From: Marsupella aquatica
Lineage: Eukaryota; Plantae; Marchantiophyta
Reading direction: 5' to 3'
Length of the DNA: 64,000 nucleotides
NCBI GenBank assembly: GCA_973895155.1
Contig: OZ316891.1
Location: 11,654,771 to 11,718,770, forward strand
Below the pieces are notes generated by a model. That model was not told the DNA's origin and did no database searches. It saw nothing but the letters and a program-made list of their open reading frames with translations. The position numbers and the translations under genes were made by a program. Shown here piece after piece: positions 49,548 to 61,600 of the stretch (positions are counted from its first letter, which is position 1; the number at the start of each line of letters is the position of its first letter).

Positions 49548-51534
49548 TTCACCACCAGGCTATGAGACATATGATGTTGCAGAACATTTACTTGTCTGGT
49601 TACTCCTGAAAGCCCTTTACGGTCTTCACCAATCACCTTGGTTGTGGTATCAAGCAATCACTGAGCATCTTGCTTGTAATGATTTTTTGCTTCTACTTTC
49701 GGATCCTTGTGTCTTTAGGCATAATATATTCTGGGGGATCTCATTGTCTTATGGGTTGACGATATCATCACTATTTCCGTGTCTTTAACAGGTGTTGAGA
49801 GCATGCAACAAATTCTTATTTCCAAATACAAGATTCGTGAGATTGGAGCTTTACAGGAATATCTTGGCCTGTCCATCTACCGAGATCGCAAAAAGGGGTA
49901 TCTCTATGTTGCTCAGCCTAAGTATACTCCAAAATTACTTGTGTAATTTTCATATGGCCAATGCTCTTGCTGTCTCTGCACTGCCCACGGGCAGTGATAC
50001 TTTGTTACCAAGTATGATGGAGGCTGCGGCTGATCAACGTCAACTCTACCAGTCCATAGTGGGATCCTTAATGTACCTTGCTGTCTAGAGGCGACCTGAT
50101 TTAGCTGAGCATTGCTCTCGTCTTGGGCAATTTGCGCATAACCCTGCATCCAAACATCAAAGTAGTATTCGGCATGTTTTGGCTTAATATCTCAAGGGGA
50201 CTCTCACACTTGGGCTTCAGTATTATCATAAGGCTCCATCAGGTCTTGAGATCCATTCACTCAATTTGCAAGGATACTGTGATGTGTTGTCAAATGTTGA
50301 CAACTCGGTTGATCAAAGGCGGGATCCAAGATCGACATCAGGTTACGTTTTCAAAATTGGCAGGAGGTGCTATCAGTTGGAAGTCTCAGAAGCAACCTCA
50401 CATTGCTACTAGTTCTACAGAAGCTGAGTACATTAGTTATTCGGTGGCCATTAAGGAGGCGGTTTGGCTCCGTGCGTTGCTTCAACAACTGTCTGTGAAA
50501 TCCTCTGATATTTTGACTGTTGTCATTTATGGGGATAATAAGTCTGCGCTTGCACTGATTGTCAATCCTGAACATCATCAAAAGACTAATTAAGCACGTT
50601 GAAATACACTGGCATTATGTTTGTAAACAAGTGAAGAAAGGCATTGTTCTCCTTAAATACTTGTCTAATAATCATATGCCCACTGATGGATTGACTAAGC
50701 CACTTGCCGGGGCCAAATTCCGTTACTTCATTCAACTTCATGGGCTTACTGCTTTTCCGCAAGAAGATTGAGCATGTGTGTGAGCAGCAATGGGGGGGGT
50801 CTGTGACAGGATACTTTGTCTTCTCGTGTGATCGACTACTATCTGTTATGAAGTTTAAATTGGGTTACTTTACTCATGTAATATGCCGCGGGTGTAAGTC
50901 ATTGAACTCACCATGTGTCATTGTTTGCTGCTTTCCGTTGATAGGGATTCACATCTCTTGTATTTGAATTGTCTCTTTGGTCCGCGGGGATGCAAGGTAT
51001 TAAGTTGGATCTCTCCCTCTCTCTGCGGCATTGATGATGAGAACATTCTAAGGTTCCTGTCTATTCTCTTCAGAGAGAATACAAGGAAAATAAAGATGAC
51101 AATCGGTACACTATCTTCTCTCGATGTGTAATCTCAAACCAATTGATGTGTGTAAAATTGTTTATGTTTGCTCCATTGGGAAATATCACAAGGCTGTTCA
51201 AACAAAAATGCTTGTCTCATTGTAATTCGCGAGCATCAATGAAAGCACTTGAGCCGAAACTCCTCGACGTACCATCTTGGATCTGAAATTTAGATCATCT
51301 TTTAATTCCTCATTCTGGATCAAACAAAACTCCCCAAAGCTTCCTACCTGTGACAGTACGAGCTACTGAAGGTCTTCCAATTCACCTGCGCTTGTACCTG
51401 CCTTAAACGTACATCTAATTATGAACTCCGCCAGCCAGAACACAAACCAAGAACAGGTTTATTTCAATTGCACAAGAGGATTTACAACAAAGTCTTGGTT
51501 TGTGTTTTGGGAGAACATTGGATGTTGTTTAATG

Positions 51535-51870
51535 GTGAGTGCTTTGTATAATCACGAGGTATAATTTGCTTGATGGACCCCAAAATGAAAAATGTTACTT
51601 ATTGCAGAGTGCTTTATATAATCAACAGGGTCTGTGGGAGGTATTAATTTGCTTGATGCATGACCCCAAACTGAAAAATATTACTTACGGCAGAGTGCTT
51701 TGTATAATCAACAGGGTTTGTGGGAGGTATTTGCTTGATGCATGGGACCCCAAAACTAAAAGAGTGTCTGTGGGAGGTATTTGCTTGATACATGGGACCC
51801 CAAAATGAAAAGAGTGGCCGTGGGAGGTATTTACTTGATACATGAAAAGTTACTTGATAGTACCCCAAAA
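51535..51870. repeat. Degenerate tandem repeats (GTGGGAGGTATTTGCTTGAT..ATGGGACCCCAAAA; GAGTGCTTTGTATAATCA)
   Basis: Four to five copies are visible between 51540 and 51870. Confidence 0.75.
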
Positions 51871-54800
51871 CTTTCCCTGAAATTTGGGGAATGTTGATTC
51901 AAGGTCGATCAATCAACCATTTGGATCACTCAGGTGTCACTCTATGTACAGTAATGCCTACAGTGTTTGACAATTAGTAATATATGCTAGTTAAGGGTGA
52001 GGTATTGTATGATGCATGCATGCAGCAGAAATGTTTGGTAGCGAGGAGAGTATTACTGGTGACTCACAGTAGTGGTTAGTTATGACTTATGCTTACTTTG
52101 TATTTCTAGTGCATTTTTAAGACTCTATATGATTAGCAAGTTAGCTAGCCACAATAGGCGTCACAAAATTAGAATTTACAAATAAAACCTTGCACAAAAG
52201 CTTAAATATTTGAGACCAAGTTTTGGCTAGCTAGACAATGACTAAGTTTACTAGCCATGTAGTGTATATTTTGGATTTCTTTCTCACATGAGAAAGAAGT
52301 TTGGTGAAGTGAGTGTTTTTTTTCTTGCAACAGCAGGAACTATGTTTGCCCACAATTACAACTACCCATTCAGGGTGAGGCAAATTTCTTGTTACATCCA
52401 TGAATTACTGTTAATTTACGTAAATATAAACAATTTGTGCAAATGGAAAGAAGCTAAGGTGGGTGCCACAGGTACTAATGAAAATACTTGGCCCTGGCTA
52501 GCATTCATGGACAGTTCTTTCTTTTCAAATGCATACTTTATTAATTAGTAAAATGTAAAAGTAATATGCAAAAGCACTTCTTGATGAGCATGTAATATAT
52601 AAATGAAGTAGAATTCCTTTAAATATAAATGAAGTAGATTTAGAATTAGCATGAAGGTGTTGCCAAAATTAAATTATTTAACTGGAGTAAGTGGAGCCTT
52701 TTAATGTGAAAGTTAAGCTTGGATGGACGGAGGGATTTGTTTTGCTCATCCCCATGGACAGTGACACACACTGCTTCACTTTTACACCCAAAATCCATGT
52801 TGCGGGCTATCTTTAAAAGGATGTTTCACTTTTGAGAAGGATGCCCCAAGTAGTTTTTCCAGGTGTAAGTCTTGACCAAGTGTAAAATACTAGTTTTTGG
52901 CAAACTTGTAGATTTATTTGGACAACTTTGGATCCCTATTTCAGCTCAAAATCAACAGCAAGTTCTCTGGTGTCCAAATTATTTCCTGACAAAGTTCCAT
53001 TTTTTTCTGAAACCATTGCTCCATTGTTGCTGATGAGTGCAAAGATGATCAAATATTATGAAATTACCACCAACCAGTGTTTCACTTTTGTGAAGAATGC
53101 CTCAGTATTTGGGCATGAGCACCAACTTACCACTTTGGGAAAGGGCTCTTCACTTTTGTGAAGAACACCTTGAGTAGTTTGTCACTTACCACCGCGCAAA
53201 TGGTCTTGAGCCTGTTTACAGGTCACATATGAGTCAAAACTACAAAGAGAGTTGTCTGAACAAATTTTGATCTTATGAGTCAGTTCATCAAAGCTTTGGA
53301 AATTCATGGGGGCATCACAGCAAACCCCTAGGTCCATCCAGGTCTTACTTTCCTTCTAACGTAGATTTCAAAATTAATTTTTACTCTTAAGTTAGTATAT
53401 TGTTTGACTATGAAGCTTATATATCTCCTCATGAGTGCTCCACTGTAACCCCACTGTAACCCCAATAGCACCTGGACGTGTCAACCCACAATTCCGTGTT
53501 TCTGGCAGCTAAATGACTGGAAAGAGTTAGAAATTTCCATCAGATTGACACCTTCAATGTTGCCATCAGCGCCTGATACAATGAATTTTTCTCATGATGT
53601 CAAACCCTTCTCAGGTGGCTGACTTCCGTGTACTCTTGCTGGACTAGGATCTCCACCCTGGTAGTTGAAAATTGTGACAGTTACATCCCTCATTTTCTAT
53701 TCATCGCCTTACCGTAGGCAGCCAAACTTCCTTCTTCAATAAGGAGTTTCACCTTGCCAAAAGATCGGTAAATTAATGACAAATGCAGTTAGGAACCATG
53801 AGATCACCTCAAGGTTCAAGCACTTCTACGCATTCACTGAACTCATATACATTGCACTTACAAACTGGGCCAAGTCAATTCAGCATACAGTATTGGAGTA
53901 AAAACGTTGAAACCAGATGAGTGAATTGCCTCCAGACAAAATTATATTCGGAACATCATACAGACCATGCACATGTGGAGACCCCTGGAAACGTCCAGGG
54001 TGAGGGAATTCCAAGTGAAATACGATTAGGCACGAAATGGCATTAATTGCCTGTCCATAGTCTCAGTATGCATAAATTCATGTTCACATACTTGCAAACG
54101 AAACAGACAGTTATTTAATTCTATATTCGCAACTGACTGTGCTCACTCAACGTACTATCAACACAGCAGACAGTATTCAAAGAGCGTTTCGGTAGACAAA
54201 ATTGCTGAGATGGAACACGCAGTTCCCAACTTCAGGCTATTTCAATGTCCATAGTCGAAGGAATCCCACAGTAAATCAGACGAGAAAATGCGGCATTTCG
54301 TCAAACTCAAGGGAAGGTCAGCACAACTCCTGCCGCAGGCTCTGGGTGTTCAACACTAGTACTAAGCCCTGTAGACAACCAACTACGGCTTGACTCACTC
54401 ACAGATAATTCAACCTCAGCATTGCCAGACAGTCAACTACCTACCGGAGAAAGATCAAAGCAAAGCAGATGGAAATGAAATTAACTTAGCTGAAGGGAAG
54501 GTGAACTCAGACTCGTGAACATCCAAGGGATTTGTCTCCCTTAGCACCCAGCTGCGCGCAAGTTTAGCTGTCTGAAGCGACGCAAAGTACTAATACTAAC
54601 AAAGCAGCTTTCTCGGAACTCGACTTAATTTCTGCCTCCGCAGGGAAAGGTGCATGCTACTCGATGCCGTCGTGCCTCAGACTCCGTTTCATCGTGGCTT
54701 AGACTCCGTTTTGCCGGGCAGAAGGGAGATCGAATCCCGAATGAACAGATTGGTACGAAGAATGCGTCAAGAATTTACAGATAGTTTGCTCCGCGTTGAA

Positions 54801-55431
54801 ATTGCAGCACGCCGTCATCGTGCCTTCGACTCCGTTAATTTTGCCGGGTAGTACGTAGATTCAAATCCCGAACCAAAACAAAATGGATACGAAGAACGAG
54901 CGAAGGATTTCCAGAGAATGCCTTCCCGAGATCCCAATTGAAGCATTCCGAGGTGGAGACCAAAGCTACTCCAGGTGGCGTTGCGTACATCCAAAGCTCC
55001 CGTAATGATTGGCAAGAATAATTCACGTCTATAGCCAAACTAGTCACTGTTACTCTGGGAGAGCACTATACTTTTGTTGAAGAACGGTGGCCACTGTTGT
55101 TGCGGCTGCCACCTCTGCACCAGCTGTTTCGATCCACATCAGAACTGAGCCACCTTCCTTGAACATTCAAAGGTGCTTGAGATCGATCCAGTTCGAGGTC
55201 CAGAGATCAAGGTAGATCAAGGAAGAGGAATATGTTCATCGATCAGTTTCCACTACATACAGATCTAGACATTTAGGAACGAGGAAGCACGGAGCGCATA
55301 ATTCGAGAGTAATATAGTACCGGACAGAAGGGATCTAGAGAGGGATTATAGCCTTTGATTACTGACAGTATAGAGTCAAAGAGGGGCAATGTGAGGTAGC
55401 TTGCTCGTATCGCAGGGATATACATCTTATC

Positions 55432-57099
55432 ATGTGCCAGGAGAGAGGAGGCAGTAACAATTACGCCATCTCAAAGCACTCGATTCACGCGTGGTACATG
55501 AAGCATGCCTTCCAAGACTTGCGGGGCACCTGGCGTTGCTTATCTTTCGCCAGAGCGAAGAGTAAGAAGAAGTCCCCGTACCAAGCCCAAGCGGACATGG
55601 CCAAGACCATGAACCTCCAGCGAGCATCAGCACGAGCGGGTGCCTCGAGAAGCGACATCAACCTTCCGACGCTCGGCTGCGCCGAGTCGAGCCAGTGGAT
55701 GTTAAGAAGCTTGAACTCGTTGTACACGAAGAGAAAGTTTCGGACCAAGGATCATCGGGTGGGTAGGTTGAAGAGTATGAATAGATCCAACACTTTGGAC
55801 AGAGTTGAAGACCCGGTCTCCAGTTCGAGTTTGGCTGAACTCATACCCTCCTGCACCGTGGACTACGACTTGGGAAACATTGCAATGTCCCCCGACTCAG
55901 AATACCACACCACAGGCGAGCCTCCGAGCCGACGATCATCAGACTGTTTTCTCTCTCCGCAGAACTGCGATTCCAGCGGTGTTGCGTCCGTGCCTGCCTG
56001 TCCGAACTCGTCACCGTTTCGGCAAGGGAGGACCCACCGTCGAAAGCGGTCCATCTTTCGTGCGGCAAAGGTTGCTCTGACAGGAGGCCGTGGTAACAAT
56101 GGTGCTGGGATCAGACGCCACGTTCTTCCTGTCTTTCCAATTACGACTGGAATCGGACTCGGTAGAAGCAGATACAGCCTAAGTTCGACGAGCATCAAAA
56201 CGCCGTCGACGAGAATGGTCGAAAAACAGCACCCGACTAGCCCTGCGCCAGCCAGAGCGGCATCCAGGTTGGAGAAGAATCTGAGCAGGGGCACAAGCAT
56301 GACCATGGACACGTCGTCATCCCCGTGCAAATCTTCTTCGAACACTACTAGCTGGATGGAAAACTATGACATGCTCACCACCGAAACAATGTCGACATCG
56401 TCGTGGAGTTTGCGAACAGATCTAGATAGTCCTCCACTCGCAAGAAAACTTGACCGCCCAATGGAGAGGGAGCTCGAGAGTCCGCGGGAAACCTACCTCG
56501 AGAGTCCACGTGAAAGGTTCATGGAGAGTCTACGGGAAAGGGACGACGAGAGTCCACACGGGAGGGACGGCCTTGACAGTTCTCGCGAAAGCCAACTTAG
56601 CAGCGAGGAATGGAGACGCATTTCGCACGAAGACGTCAAACAAGATTACTGGTTTGATGACTGTAATTTGAAGACCAGCACTCCCGTACCTCGTGCGCTC
56701 ACGAGGAGCGATATTCAAAACCGACAAGCGTCGGCTATCAAAGGAGTTCGCCACACAGGGAAAGATTTTCAGGAAGCCATAGTGGACATCATCCTGGACA
56801 ACGACGTCAATGATCTTAACGACCTGGAGGAGTTCTTGCAGAATTACTTCCGTCTAAACACTTTGTATCAGGATCTCATTGAGCAATTCTTCAACGATCT
56901 CTCCGAAGACCTCGTGCATCCGAAGGTATCTCGAGCTCCCTCCATCTTCGCTCGCCTCGCCGAAGCTAACCAAAAGTCCACGGCAGCAGTAAAGGGAGAA
57001 GGCAGGAGCAGAGAACTGCTAACTTCACCTAGTACACCTGTTTCATCTAGGCCTGTCAAATTTAGAACTCGTGAATTTGGCCATTGGTCTCAGTCGTAG
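55432..57099 (+). CDS. OVATE family protein (OFP)-like transcriptional repressor, intronless, with a long Ser-rich N-terminus
   Basis: DFQEAIVDIILDNDVNDLNDLEEFLQNYFRLNTLYQDLIEQFFNDL matches the OVATE pattern DFRxSMxEMI...LEELLxCYLxLN...IxxAFxD. Open 555-codon frame. Confidence 0.75.
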   Translation: MCQERGGSNNYAISKHSIHAWYMKHAFQDLRGTWRCLSFARAKSKKKSPYQAQADMAKTMNLQRASARAGASRSDINLPTLGCAESSQWMLRSLNSLYTKRKFRTKDHRVGRLKSMNRSNTLDRVEDPVSSSSLAELIPSCTVDYDLGNIAMSPDSEYHTTGEPPSRRSSDCFLSPQNCDSSGVASVPACPNSSPFRQGRTHRRKRSIFRAAKVALTGGRGNNGAGIRRHVLPVFPITTGIGLGRSRYSLSSTSIKTPSTRMVEKQHPTSPAPARAASRLEKNLSRGTSMTMDTSSSPCKSSSNTTSWMENYDMLTTETMSTSSWSLRTDLDSPPLARKLDRPMERELESPRETYLESPRERFMESLRERDDESPHGRDGLDSSRESQLSSEEWRRISHEDVKQDYWFDDCNLKTSTPVPRALTRSDIQNRQASAIKGVRHTGKDFQEAIVDIILDNDVNDLNDLEEFLQNYFRLNTLYQDLIEQFFNDLSEDLVHPKVSRAPSIFARLAEANQKSTAAVKGEGRSRELLTSPSTPVSSRPVKFRTREFGHWSQS

Positions 57100-58655
57100 A
57101 CGCCACTAATTCTCTGACTGAACTCGGTCGTGGATTTTAAGAATAACGTCCACCCCAGTTTCGGTCAAATTTGACATCACAAACTTCAGGAATATATTGT
57201 ACCCTGTATTGCAACCTGCAAAAGAACTCTTTACTAGAAACAATTCTAGACAGTCACGTGCCTGTCCGTCATAATTTCACACTACCAAAATAAAGTGCTC
57301 AATTCGAATTTGCAAAGTAGCTCGGTAGGCCGATTTGACTACGAAAGTGTTGCTATATGGTCTCATTTCATGCATTGCAATCGCAAGAGCCGTGTAGGCA
57401 AAATGATGGGACCACTTCTCGAAAGAAATGCCGAAAATAATTGTCATTCGTACTTTCCAAACAGATTTCGAAATAGAACTGGGAATTGGGAAATCCTGAC
57501 GAAGGAGGAGGGTATCTCATACCCAAAGTATTCCCCTCCTCGAAGTTTGAAGAACAATTATGACTCGGAATATAGTGTGGATCGCCCTGGATTGTCACCA
57601 AACTCACGCTGCCATTGTCAGATTACGCAATTTGTCCCATCTATTCAAGCATTTGGAATCGCACATGCACCTCGTGATGATAAGCAATTCGGCTCGTTGA
57701 CTTCACCCAACTCGACCATGATCCATCATTGCATGAAAAATTTCTCACGAATTTCTCAAGAGTACACCCGACCGTGAGTGACACAGAGCTGTCTTATGTC
57801 AACACTCGATTTGATCTGGTCTGTTAAGGAAACTTCGGAAACGCTTCGACAGCCAAACGCAACCTCCGTAATTCGCCATGCGAGGTCGTACTCTTCACCT
57901 TCCAATGGATCTATGAAGCAAATATATGTACACAGGAAAGGAACGGTATTTATTAAAACAGAGAAATTTCCGAATGTCGTCTCTTTATGAGTTTACATAT
58001 TTAATTACAACGAGTTTACAATGTTGCCCTTGGCTGTCACCGTATAACACCATGGAAGCTTTGATGTCCAATCTACCTGAACAAGGTCTAAGAGAGTACG
58101 TCTCCTCGTTCATTCGGTGTGAAATCTCTTGGAAGTCATATATGATCATGCATATGTCACGGCTCTTGAGAGAGGATTGAGCACATTAATAGCCTCCAAG
58201 TTCTACAAGCTGTCACAGAAAATGCACATATTTCCTACTTCTGTTTCGTACTGATTCGCCTTCTCTGGCTGTAGATCAAATTATCCAATAGAAGATGCAA
58301 TGGACGCTCATGTCAAACATACCCGACGGATTTGCTTTACGTAGGACCCACTTGTAAGTTGTCAGAAGCGATTCGAAGTATGGATACAAGCAACTTTCTC
58401 TGGAACTCAACTTTCGTACTCCGCAGGGAAGGTGCCACACGAAATCGTCGTCCCTGAAACTCACTTTTGCAGGTAGATCCGATCCCGAATGAAAAAATGG
58501 GTCCGAAGAACGCACGACGAATTTGCAGAGCTCGACGAATCCAAAACGTTTTCAACGTGTCGACTACCTCAGGCAGCGGTATGTACTACTGTACATCCAA
58601 AACTCCCCATAATAATAAACTTCACTCATTCTTGCGATGAGTATGATCAATCAAT

Positions 58656-61600
58656 CTAGTCACTGTTACTCTGAGATAGTACTCCGCATGGTTCATCCAC
58701 TGAACTGAAGGATTGTCTCCTGCGGACGGTTTCCAGCCCGTCCCCTCCATCGGAACCAATTCGGTCTGGTCTTTCATCTACCAAGATTTCCTCTTTTGAG
58801 GGGATGGATGATTGTTGCCTAAGAGCAGAACTCATGCTGGAAATGTCAGGGCGCAACCTGGGGATGGACATGGCCTTGAATGGAGTGACGCTTCTCTGAG
58901 CCACTTGTTGAAGAACGGTGGCAACTGTTGATGCGGCTGCCACCTCTGCAACAGCACCGGCTAAACAGGTCTCCTCCAGCGAGGCACAGGATGGGCTGGC
59001 GGGATGTTCCACTGGCCTTCGTGGCGTTAGGAAACGATAACAATTGGGTTGTGGGGGCCCAAACGGGGTCTGATGCGATTCATTGGATTGCAGACGCGAA
59101 AAACTGCCAGGCGTTGCGGAATGGATGTTCATTCTTGGCGTGTGCTGCTGGAAACGAGAACAATTGGGGTGTGGGGGCCCAAAAGGGGTCTGATGTGATT
59201 CATTGGATTGCAGCCGCCAAAGACTTCCGGGCGTTGCAGAATGGATGTTCATTCTTGGCGTCTGATGCTGCCAAGCCACGCGTGCTGAAGGCCCTGCCCG
59301 AGAATCTCCTTCACGAAAACTCCCAACAGCCGACCTTCTCAGTGAAGAAAAGGCTGGTGTTCTCATCAATATGTCAGATCCACTACTAGCATTCTGTCGG
59401 GCGTTTCTGGTAACAGGTTGTGGGCTGGCATTTGAGCTGATGTTCGGACAAGGGTTCTCGTTTTCCTTGCCGCCAATGGTCCTCCTTGGTTTTTGCTCGA
59501 CGCTATCTTCGGCTATACTTTTGTCTTTGCTGACCTGCTTCTGAGTAGCTGAAACGGGGATAGGCTGAGCAGGAGTTTGAGCCAAACTAGGACTTACTTG
59601 ATGCAGCACTTCCTTGTGAATGGGAATAGCAGCTGCAGCAGCTGCGACCCTCGCTCGAGCCATGGCTGCGTCATGTTTCTGCATATCGTACAAAATCTCC
59701 TTCTGAAGCTGTTTGTCTGCCACTAGTATCTCCTCGATCTCATTCTTGTAATCTTTCAACATTACACGCATGCACTCCATCAAAAGACCTAGCAATGGAC
59801 TGTTCCTGCCTTCCAGCAATCTGCATCGCAACGAAGACACAAGTTTAAGGAATCAATTGAAGTTCTCAGGAACGGCAGGCAGCAAAGCACACTCACAAGT
59901 CATGGTCGGACTCATTTTTCTTCCTGGGCACATTCGAAGCTCCAATTTGTTGGAAAGTTGAGAATTCGAGCTTGGTGCCAAATAAGTATATTTTAGCTAA
60001 ATTGAATTGCCCCACCTCCCAAAAGCAGTCAAACAGCGCCCGTAATTGACTACACTTGTTGAACCAGAGCATTCGGATCCTCGACCATTTCTCACAATAA
60101 TACACCTGAAGTCGTATTCGCATGAGTTCTTTTAGTCTACGCTCGTTACTCTTCTTTTCAGCATCTGAACAGAGATGAATTTAGTGCGACGGTTGGTACC
60201 TCTTTAGTTCAATAAAGATGGGAACCGCGTTCTGCACTAGATTCTTCTTCATAAGTTGTGTCACCACACGTCCTTTCACTGCTGCTATTGCTGCTGCGGC
60301 TCCCCCATCGTCTTCCTCCAGGTCAGCGTTTCCGGCAGAACCACGAATACCAGAAATTCGCAACTCCTTGGATGCCAGTATCCGCAAAGCATCCTGTTAA
60401 GACCATCAAGCGAGGCTTTCAACAGGAATGTATGGAGGTCGTCTATACGATTCCTCAGAATTGTACTCGCATAATCTCAAAGCAGCGATTGAGCTTGGAG
60501 TTTAATGCATCATAAAGGGATTAAACAGTTGATTGGCAGAGAAGTCGTAAGTACTGTTCCAATAACAAGCTTGGCAGTTCTGGAGAAAATGAACAGCCAG
60601 GTTGTTAAGGGCGAACACGAGTACCTTGAGGACGCACTGGCTGGGTCCATCGTTTAGATCCAGTACACCATCAGCCGCCGCGGCAAGAATCTCCGCGCAT
60701 AGCTTGGCTGACGTAGCTAGGAGATGCTCAGGAACCATTTGCTGCAGAAGTGTTGAATAAATCTTCATTCTTTTCTCCACAACATCTTCCGTATCCCCTC
60801 TGCATCCAAATGAGTTCAAGGTTCACTTCTCTGTGCAAATTCCAAATGCCATCTAACTTGAGACGACAGGATTATCCTGTCAAATTCCGAAGACCTCGTC
60901 AGTGGAATTTTCCGTTTCTCGGTAGTCCAGATCAATTCTGACAATGGATCAATTGCTTTACTACGGCTTCGGGCTTATCGTGCTCTGTGGGATGAGTGGT
61001 CGGAATGCAAGACTCACCCATACTTCACAGGAGTGTGCGTTGTGATATTCAAGGATACGAAACCGCTACAGCAGCTGACTCGAGGTACAATTTAATACTT
61101 TTTGGAAATCTCACAGTTCAATCACATGAGGCATCATTTCTTGATGTTGCGAAGAGGGACGTAGACAGAAACCTGAGACAGAAGAGTGCCCGCTCATTCT
61201 GAGGAATCTGCAAAAGAGAACTCGAGCTCGCCTGGGAAATGCAATCGTTCAACACGAAAATGGCTTCCACAAAACTGTTGTAAGCCAGCAGCGGCGCCTT
61301 CACTGTACATTTACAACACCGCAACAGTCCTTAGATTTTGAATTTTCTGACTATTATCATGTTCTTAAAATTTAGTTTGTGCAAGTAAAGTTCCGAAACT
61401 GAGGAAAATGCGAAATTAGGAGTTTGGGACGAAGAGCTTAAAGTGCTGTTCCTTTCCGAGAATAAAGTGCCATCTGCTAGGACTGAGAACGGACCTGTTG
61501 GAAAAACCAGACATGCAACCGGGAGAGGCCATTTTGTCGAAAGACGCACACAAAATCCGAATCAGCTTGCGATCAAAAACAAAGGTGCAGTCAAGACAGA

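Larger units (their letters stand above)
38924..51190 (+). mobile_element. Old, internally deleted Ty1/Copia LTR retrotransposon (LTRs 38924-39325 and 50802-51190; TSD AGGCT) hosting two nested insertions
   Basis: Both LTRs run TGTGACAGGATACTTTG...ATCACA and are flanked by AGGCT. PBS GGTTATGAACC follows the 5' LTR, and a G-run PPT precedes the 3' LTR. Degraded integrase (YITNRMPTS), RT (FKARFAA, LLKALYGLHQSP, YQSIVGSLMYLAV) and RNase H (AISWKSQKQ..ATSSTEAEY, YGDNKSA). Confidence 0.9.

Noticed and set aside
54855-54880. tRNA-like T-loop (GATTCAAATCCC)
   Set aside because: No cloverleaf or A-box can be built around it.
57295-58180. ORFs of 160, 70 and 84 aa downstream of the OFP gene
   Set aside because: The frames are not preserved in the duplicate at 30.5-32.1 kb and show no known motif.
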